Below the pieces are notes generated by a model. The model had not been told where the DNA came from and did not search any database. It saw only the letters and a program-made list of their open reading frames with translations. Below, one piece after another: positions 55,740 to 64,000 of a stretch of DNA of 64,000 nt (positions are counted from its first letter, which is position 1; every line of letters starts with the position of its first letter). The stretch comes from Eledone cirrhosa. Lineage: Eukaryota. The translations under genes and the position numbers were made by a program. The stretch lies in NCBI GenBank assembly GCA_964016885.1, contig OZ024743.1:272428001-272492000 (forward strand). Direction: 5' to 3'.

Positions 55740-56809
55740 AACGGATTGGTAAGTGGTGTGCCCCAACCACATATCTTGCACTGTTACTATCGAAGGCATG
55801 AAAGGTATTTCCTGAAACTCCGCAATGTAGCAACCCACACAAAATTCCCCACACCCGAAGATTTTTTTTCTGAAATTGACATATGTTGCTGTCTATCTGT
55901 TGGCGTGTACATTTGAAATTCTTAAAGGTGTACATTACTTCTGTATATTCGGTTGTAGTTACTGGACATAATTGGCACCAATCATATCACTCTTTTATAG
56001 TTGATATAAAAACTGCCACTAAAGATCTGAACTGAAATGCGCCACAAAAGGATTGAAAACACAATGGAATTAAAATACAATGACGCACAGAAAGAACCAA
56101 ATATATATATATCCAACTAAAAGGGACTGGGAATTAAGTTAAGACATCATCACCTTCCTAAAGGTAAAAAGAATAAGAACAATAACCCTATTGTAAGTAC
56201 TATGAAATACTGAAATTGGATGAAAGCATAAGAAGCCAACGGAATAAGCATCCCAAACTAAAGAGGGGTGAACGTCAGAGAAAATTCTTAAATGAAATCT
56301 GAATGATGGAAATGGTAAAAAATACCAAAAACGATTCAAAGCGCTGAAAACAAGAAAAATAATTCTAAAAGAGATAGAATATAAGAAAACAACTGAAAGG
56401 AACACGAAAGAGATTCAAAGACCTTAAGGGCAGTGTAGGAATGAAAGAGGCTAAAAAAGAGAACAAGCATAAATATGACTGACATTGATTAAGTTAGAGT
56501 AGAACGGTAATGAGAACTGCAAAATGGCAAAGAAAGTGTTCCCAAGACTTCAGAAAATACTCCAAAAGTGAAAAAAAAAATTAAATTTGACAGAACGAGG
56601 TTGTCTATTATTGAAAACAACTGGATATTTTAAGTTGCTTTGGGAGGATTGAAAATATATACAACTGAAAATGAACGAATTATAAGAAAAATACTGTAAA
56701 AGTATTCCGAAAGATGGCAAATACTTTAAAATAAAAATAAAAACTAACTGAACAGGATGAAAATATGCAGAAACAAAAACGATGAAAATACGTACAAACA
56801 TACACTAAT

Positions 56810-57030
56810 TGTATCCGGATGATTCCTCTTCACACCGTTCGCCGTCGAGACCGCAGGCATACTTGGACCCCGTATGCCGAGCTCCTCCACAAGATCGGAA
56901 CGTCAGCAGCCCATCTGAGGAAGAAGCCCCACGTGGTGGTGTGGCTGTTGCAGCGGGTGTCGCTGGCCATTGCCTACGGGAAAGTTGTTGCGTTCTTGTC
57001 CGTGGGATGCACCCCAATACCACCACACCC
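56810..57030 (+). mobile_element. CRE-like RLE C-terminal fragment
   Basis: FTPFAVETAGILG..WLLQRVSLAIAYG; similar to the end of 62618-63190. Confidence 0.65.
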
Positions 57031-58424
57031 TAGGTCTAGAGCCCATCTGCCTCACCCTTCCATCTCCCATTTTTCTGTGACCCTAGAGCCCTTGTTTTCC
57101 CTTCCTTTTCCGTTTTCATAACCACAAAAAATACTCGCATTTTTTACAATAAAACATATTACAGAAAAAAAATGTGTCTTTGATACCGACAAAACACTGA
57201 AAGTCTGTGTATTTTGAAATTACAGAAATACAATTCATAGTATTCAAATTTATCATGTTGAATGATATCAGTGAAAATTCAGTTAATGGCAATAACATTT
57301 TAACATCCTAACTAACCGAGAAAACAAAACTGAAAAAAAAAAAAAAAAATCATCCTCAAAGCTTCCCTCTTGAAGAAGCTTGGTATGTAAAGTAGTGTAA
57401 TGTGAGAGAAACCTAACTATAAATCCTAAACAATTCTTTTAATTGCTTATATATAATCACCAATTAATACGATTAATAACTTATATTCTTCACTTATTTT
57501 GCAAATGTAAACACTTTTGTTAATTAATAATACATATCCTGTAAAGGAATTCGTATGAGACATTATGTAACAAAACAAACAAGCAAACAACCAACAAACA
57601 AAACAACAAAAAACAACAACAACCAATCCTGCTGATTAATCAAACGACGAACACTTTGTAAGATGACATTGTGGTTAATAGCATCTAAAGTAGTTTGATT
57701 ACTGGTACGTATTTTATAAGTGCTCAACAGATGACAGACAAAACAACTTGACAGATATGTAGTTAGAATTCAGAGAAAGGAAGACAATAAACACATCCAC
57801 TGGGACGCTACAAATGACAGATATTAGTGTTTTATTGTGAAGATGAAATACTTCTATAACAGTGAAAGAAACAAAGTGATCGTAACGTATTTTGTGCGAG
57901 TGTAACTGATAATGATTTCAATTCGGTATTAAAATTATATAGCATTTTCGAATCAATGACGGGGACCTATTCGTTCAAACCTTTAGTCAAATCCCATTCA
58001 AACTTTACCCTACCATCTTAAAAATGGATGAATATATATGAGAAAATATTATCATGAATATATAATAGCAGAAAAAAAGATGATCACGACTTGTGTGTTA
58101 ATCGAACGTCGTAGATTCGATACACTAAAGCGCGTGTTCGAAACAAATGAACCACTCCGAGTCGTTCAGCCATACATTACCGTACCATAGATTTGCTCGA
58201 TAGGAATGGGCTTGTCGCTAAACTGAAACATCAAGGACTGAAATATCCAGCAACGTCCATAGCCCTGTTAACAATACAACGATATACATTGGGTACGGTC
58301 GTTTTGAACTATATAAGACACGGAACCAGAAAATCAGTTTGAAATCAGAATGTAGTCGGTTAAATACTAAACAACGGTGCACTACCTTTTCAGTGATACT
58401 ATATTTTTATGTTAAGGGAGTATA

Positions 58425-58476
<52 letters not shown>

Positions 58477-58482
<6 letters not shown>

Positions 58483-58675
58483 ATACTTGGGGAGGGTCAT
58501 ATTTGCGTAATATTGCCAGAATTAATAACAGAACACACTCACTGTTTGGTTGGTTTTCGCTTCTCGCTGTCTTTTATTATATCTGCGATCTAACTTACTC
58601 GGTCCTCAAGTATAACAATATCTGTTTCGACACACGATTTCATATAAAAAACCTCGCAAAACTAATTCATCGCCG

Positions 58676-58676
<1 letters not shown>
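58477..58676 (+). mobile_element. Short relative of the 2099-2558 foldback element
   Basis: attgttatactt...aagtataacaat ends, same tail (tttc.acacacgatttca.ataaa), in (TA)n; no HHR seen. Confidence 0.7.
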
Positions 58677-58708
<32 letters not shown>

Positions 58709-58761
58709 TATTATATAAATAAATAAATAGATAGATACATTACTGTATTTGTTATTATTTC

Positions 58762-58882
58762 CCTTTCATCCTTACAGGGTCGATAAAATAAAGTATCGGT
58801 AATGCATTGGGGTCGACTTAATTGACTTTCCCCTCCCCTGAAAATTGCTGGCCTGTGCCTAAACGTGAAACCATTATTATTA
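58762..58882 (+). mobile_element. 3' part of tRNA-derived SINE
   Basis: cctttcatccttacagggtcgataaaataaagta..gctggcctgtgcc. Confidence 0.8.
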
Positions 58883-58889
58883 TCATTAC

Positions 58890-59322
58890 AGAGGAGACTG
58901 TGCTGCTGTACAGGTCTGAGCTGAGTCTTGGACACTGACCAAGAAACTCACTCAGATGATGGATGGGTGCTACACAAGAATGCTGAGGATGGCTCTGAAC
59001 ATTCATCAGTAAACACTGAGGATGAAGAACTCAGAGCTGTACGGGAGCCTCACAAATGTCAGCTCGAAAGTAACACAGAAGAGACTGAGGTCAGCTGGAC
59101 ATGTTCACCGACATTCATAGTTGACACTGTACTCAGTAGTCCTGTGAGAGCCCCTACATGGACACACTAGAAGAGAGAGACCGAGGATGACATATATTGA
59201 TGCCCTAAGGACAGACACTGGTCTCTGGGAGACGCAGGACATGGTGGTGATGATGAAGGACAGAGACCGCTGGAGAGACATCGTCCATGGATCTCGGGAA
59301 TTTTACCCGCCCTAGATAGATA
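58890..59322 (+). mobile_element. RTE-group LINE 3' fragment
   Basis: Frameshifted VLLY..TLTKK..DGCYTRMLRMALNI..GHVHRH..RPRMTYID..DRDRWR; ends in a tagatagatag tail. Confidence 0.7.
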
Positions 59323-60017
59323 GCATAATGTTAATTACATCGACTGATCCTTTCCGCCGAAGCTATGGCTCTGAATCAATTTCAGAAATCATTATAAAAT
59401 GGACGATAGATTAAAGGAATCAGTAGAATGATGGACAAAATAAATATCTTTCTCAATCTAGTTATGTACTTTTAAATTCCTCCAGGCTGGCTACATTCGT
59501 ACAAGTCGATTTGGCGTGGGGTTAATCAACTTTGCGTTCCCTTAAATGATTACTAAGCTAACACAGAAGCACTTTGTGTGATATGAAGAGGATAATGATG
59601 GGTGGAAGATAGCATCAGAAATGAGACCTTGTTGTAAAACATGAACTGTGGACTCTATTAAAAATACCCAAGGAATCCAGATTGTGACGCTGACACTTTA
59701 AGATACTATAGTCAGAGATATAGAATACGAGCGAACGGTCACAGTTGGAACCCATTTGATGATATGTCTATTCGATCAGGAATGACCAGTGACCATGTGA
59801 CCAAACAATAATCATACCGTCTTATCTCATTGATATGTGGAAAGACAGTGTGCATCTCAAGCTCATTTCTAATTCAGATCTACGAGGAATATATTTAGAA
59901 TTTTATGTTATATATCCTTGATGAAATCTTAGAATTTTATTATACCTGCTTCAGTATTGAAAAGAATGACATGGTGATCTTCTATTGTAACTCAGGATAT
60001 AACAATAAACTAGCTTA

Positions 60018-60199
60018 ATAATTGTTTATAATTTTGGCACAAGGCCAGCAATTAACCAGTGTATTACTGGTACTTTATTTTATCGACCCCGTAAGGATGA
60101 AAGGCAAAGTTAACATCGGAGGGATTTGAACTCAGAATGGAAAGAGCCGTAACTCTTTGCGTCAAAGCATGGCGTCCGACCCTCTACCGATACTGCCAA
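60018..60199 (-). mobile_element. tRNA-derived SINE
   Basis: Same family as 31743. Confidence 0.85.
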
Positions 60200-60906
60200 A
60201 ATAATATGAATACAACATGACCATTTTGAAACAATGCTGGGATACAACAATATCACTTATTAGAAGTCATTAATGTGAGCACTAGCTGAAGAGTGAATTA
60301 AAAGCAAGAAAATAGGGATTTTAAAGTATCTACCTGTTTTAATAAGCTAATATAGTGTGAAGCAGTGTCTTTGGTAATGTAAAATCATTAGAACAGTGTA
60401 AGTACACCAAAAAAGTGCCGCTACAAAATACTGCAAAAGCTCCGAATTTGAGAATGCAATGTTTTCTTCTAATACTATGGAGCCGCCAATTTATAGTGGA
60501 AGAAAAAATACAACAAAGGATACTGATAATATGCAATAAGTAGTTTTAACAAAGAATGGAAATCGATTCGATAAGAATCTATTACTGCACCTAGAAAAAG
60601 GGAAAATACTTTCGAATATATAAAAATGCTAAACTTCTTTAGATTACTTACAAGGTCAATTTTTATCAAGAAGATGGATAAACTACTTGAATCACTTAAA
60701 TCAATATCAGTTTATTCATGATACCTAATTTATTGAATATGGTCAGATGAATAGAAGCAAAACTTGTGTTAAGTACGTTAAAGAACACGATTAAACAATG
60801 CAAAGAATATATCCCGGCGTATTCCATTTTTACTACCTAATATATATTATATATATTATGAGTATATATAATAAATCTATCCATTTAATTAGACACAATA
60901 GCCATA

Positions 60907-61104
60907 CGATGGTCGGCTGAAAAGTTCACAGTCTGACTATGCAGAATTGATGCTAGTGTTATGAAATCTTACAGGCATTAATTTCAACTCTTCTTATTAA
61001 TAGCTGCATTGTTTCTTTCCAGGGACTATGTTGCAAAATAGAACTCATTTGGTCATTATATGAAAGTATCTTGGCAAGCCTATCAACATTTCAGCCGACC
61101 CTCG
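60907..61104. mobile_element. Tc1/mariner-type MITE
   Basis: TA-cgatggtcggctgaaa ... tttcagccgaccctcg-TA: terminal inverted repeats with TA target duplication. Confidence 0.75.
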
Positions 61105-61545
61105 TATATTCACTGTTAATGATAAATAGAAATCCATGGATTCTGTGTTTTTCTCAAACGTTCCCGATCTTAAGATGGGTTCAACCAGAAATGGATGTTG
61201 TATTATAGTATTGGCTCACTAAAAGTTTAAGTCTTGAGCAATGTATGAAATCTAGTTAGATAAGTGAAATAAATCTTCAAATCTTTAACAACTAAATAGT
61301 GACAACCGGGAAAAACACTGTTTCTACAACCTGGCAGGGTCACGCTTTAAATGTGTTGGTGCATACTCTGTCGGTCTCAGACATGGGCATTCAGGTTTTC
61401 GACTAATTGAAATCTTACTTGTGAAAGTAACATGCAAGTGTCTGAGTATTCCATTCGCAATTGTCTTATTTAACTCATGTTCAGCCAGGATCAGTGTAAC
61501 ACTTTTAAAAAATACGGTCCTAAAAGAACGCGAGAGAAACAATTG

Positions 61546-61690
61546 ACCCCATTACTGGGCTGATACATTATATATCCATTCTGAAATGCTGAAAGGCCAA
61601 GTTAACTTCTGTGGGATTTGAAAACAGAGCGAAGTGAGACGGAATGAATGCCGCTAGGCATTCTAACCGACCCTTTAAATATTTGTCAAT
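61546..61690 (-). mobile_element. Diverged SINE copy
   Basis: gaccccattactgg..tgaaaggccaagttaac..gggatttgaa. Confidence 0.5.
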
Positions 61691-62254
61691 TCTCTGGGTT
61701 CTCTATTTTCAATTTGTTTATTTAGACGTAAAGCAACACATCTATAGGGAAGAGTATTAGATAATATGGCAATTCAGTTTTGAATACTTTTAATGTCTTA
61801 ATCAGAAACGAAAGGGCAATATCACTCACTCTCTTCCTAGTCTCCGAGATCGGTAAGAGAAAAAGAGGAAGAGAAGAATGAAGTTATCCTTATTCGGAAT
61901 ATCTGACACAAGTAGTTGCACGGTATTCTGTGGTTAGGTGTTAAATCTGTAGATGGATTACCAATACCAGACAAAAACAGGAACGATCCCTCCGACAGGT
62001 TTCCACATAGTTATCATCTACCAAATTCCACACCCAATTCTAAAATATTAAGTCGACTAAAAGAAATTATAGACGAAATTTATCCAAAGTACTGCACGGT
62101 GGGATCGAAATTGACCTCACATAATTCCCAAGCAAATTTGTTATTTACAAAGAGCTGTAGGGGCGCTGTAATGAAATACGACGTATCTGGGGCATTTTAA
62201 GCCTGATTGGGCCCATCCTCTTTCCAGGTATTAACACAGCCTATATATAAAAAT

Positions 62255-62524
62255 GTACCAGTCCGGTACTGGAGTTATTTCTTCCTCCATATTTCTTTAT
62301 TTCTACCCTCGCCCACCCACCCCCTCTCTCTCTATATATATATAGAGAGAGAGATGTGATGGGGGAGAAATAAAGAAATATGGAGGAAGAAATGACTCCA
62401 GTACCGGACTGGTACTTTTTTTATCGACATCGGAGGGATGAAAGGTGACCTCGGCACGATTTGAATTCAGATTTACGAATACCTCAAATCATTCTATCCG
62501 ATGTTCTATCAATTCATGTTCGGC
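62255..62524 (-). mobile_element. Diverged SINE with a long foldback hairpin at its 3' end
   Basis: SINE body at 62402-62524; ~50-bp inverted arms at 62255-62304 and 62366-62415. Confidence 0.65.
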
Positions 62525-62554
62525 CAATTTATCAGCTTCAATTTTATTAATACA

Positions 62555-63195
62555 GCGGACTCCAAACCCCACAGTGGTGCCTAGCTAGACAACAATAGCC
62601 TGCGCATTGGCGTTTCCTTGAGGCTCGGCCTCCGGATCTGCAAGCCACACCAATGTCGCTGCGGATCCACCCTGGACTCTTTCGGCCTCCACGCGCTTTC
62701 CTATCGCCACAGTGCCGGCCACCTTCCACGCCATGCTGCCCTCAACGAGATCATAAAGCATGGCTTGGACGCTGCGGTCTTCCCTTCCCAGCTCGAACGG
62801 GTGCGGCTGGACCGAGAGGACAGCAAAAGGCCAGATGGCATGACCATCTTCCCGTTCCGCGGTTGCAAACCCCTTGTTTGGGATGCTACTTGCACCAACA
62901 CTTTCTGTAGCCGCTACCTGGGGCAGTCTGCGACTAACCCAGGTTCTGATGCACGTCGGGCTGAGGAGGCCAAGCTCCTCAAATACCGGTCGCTCTCCGA
63001 CAGGTTTGCGGTTGTACCCTTGGCAGTGGAGACTTCTGGTGTCCTCGGCTTTAGGGCTACCTCCCTACTCACCACCATAGGTGCTGAGCTGGCCAGCCGC
63101 AGGTGTGAACCCCGCGAGTTGGAGTGGCTTTTCCAGCGCGTCTCCCTTACCGTCCTCCGGGGGAACGCCTTCTCCATCCTGTACGCCGAGGCTGT
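62555..63195 (+). mobile_element. CRE-like non-LTR retrotransposon 3' fragment (zinc knuckle and RLE)
   Basis: LRLG..CRCG..H...RH..LN..KRPDG..WDATC..EEAKLLKY..PLAVETSG..FQRVSL..RGNA. Confidence 0.85.
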
Positions 63196-64000
63196 GTGTG
63201 TGTGTGTGGTGGTGTGTGCCTTTGTGTGTGTGTGTGTGGGGGGGGGCATCGCGTAACATTCCATATTTAGGTATCTGTGTTCTCACATATAGACGCACGT
63301 CCTTTACCATAGTGTTGTGTCCCTAAACGAAGTTTATTTCCTTTAATAGTTCCAATGTAATTTGTCTGCAGTATGTATCCAATGAGATATGATTAAGATG
63401 TAGACGTTGTAATGTTTCCCAGACAGCAACAATGACAACACAAGAGTACAACAACAACAACAACAACAACAACACCATACAACTAGTTTCCTTTTTATTA
63501 TTGAAATAAAAGTGTTTTATTATAGACAACAAAATCAAAGTAAAAACAAACCCGCCCAAAACACCAACAACAAGGTAAGTCAAAGGCCTATATAACGATA
63601 AAAACAATATTTCAAAGTATATATATTTTGATAACTAAATAAACATTTTGCTTCTATCGTATAAAGTATTAAAACCAAATTTGTTTTGATCTTTGGTGAG
63701 AAATGGAAAATTATATTTCTTCATTTCAGAAGCCAAACATTTAATGTTTTAATTTAATTATATACAACACATTATTAAAGGAAATTAAACAACTATACTA
63801 GCGCTGTTTAAGAGGCCTCTTGGAAGAAAATGTGCAGAGTTGAAGAACGTTACATTGATTCAATATGATTTAATAAAACTATAGATGAGTTGAAAACTAC
63901 AATTGCTGGTAATGAGATAATGGGTATGGTGATTATTCATATGATGGTAATAATAATGCATTACTTTCAACAAATGATAATTTATATCTAATAGAAACGA

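Overview
AT-rich, repeat-saturated eukaryotic (animal) DNA with no recognisable host gene. The microsatellite load and repeat content suggest a cephalopod or other mollusc (inference). Contents: degenerate Penelope-like elements (PLEs; probably Naiad-type RT plus GIY-YIG), a CR1-like LINE, two Tx1-like LINEs, three R4/Dong-like RLE LINEs stacked in (AAT)n, CRE and RTE fragments, a non-autonomous Helitron, a mariner-type MITE, many tRNA-derived SINEs, and long TA/CA/ACC microsatellites. The least explained signal is a dense set of hammerhead-ribozyme (HHR) cores, found by eye, in the first 27 kb. They lie in PLE tails and in several small non-coding repeat families sitting in (TA)n, with partial-tandem and/or foldback architecture (retrozyme-like). 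One ~630-bp monomer family has a permuted, type II-like core and matching breakpoints at two loci. One PLE appears to carry two different GIY-YIG endonucleases in tandem. All folds and alignments were done by hand; boundaries are approximate.
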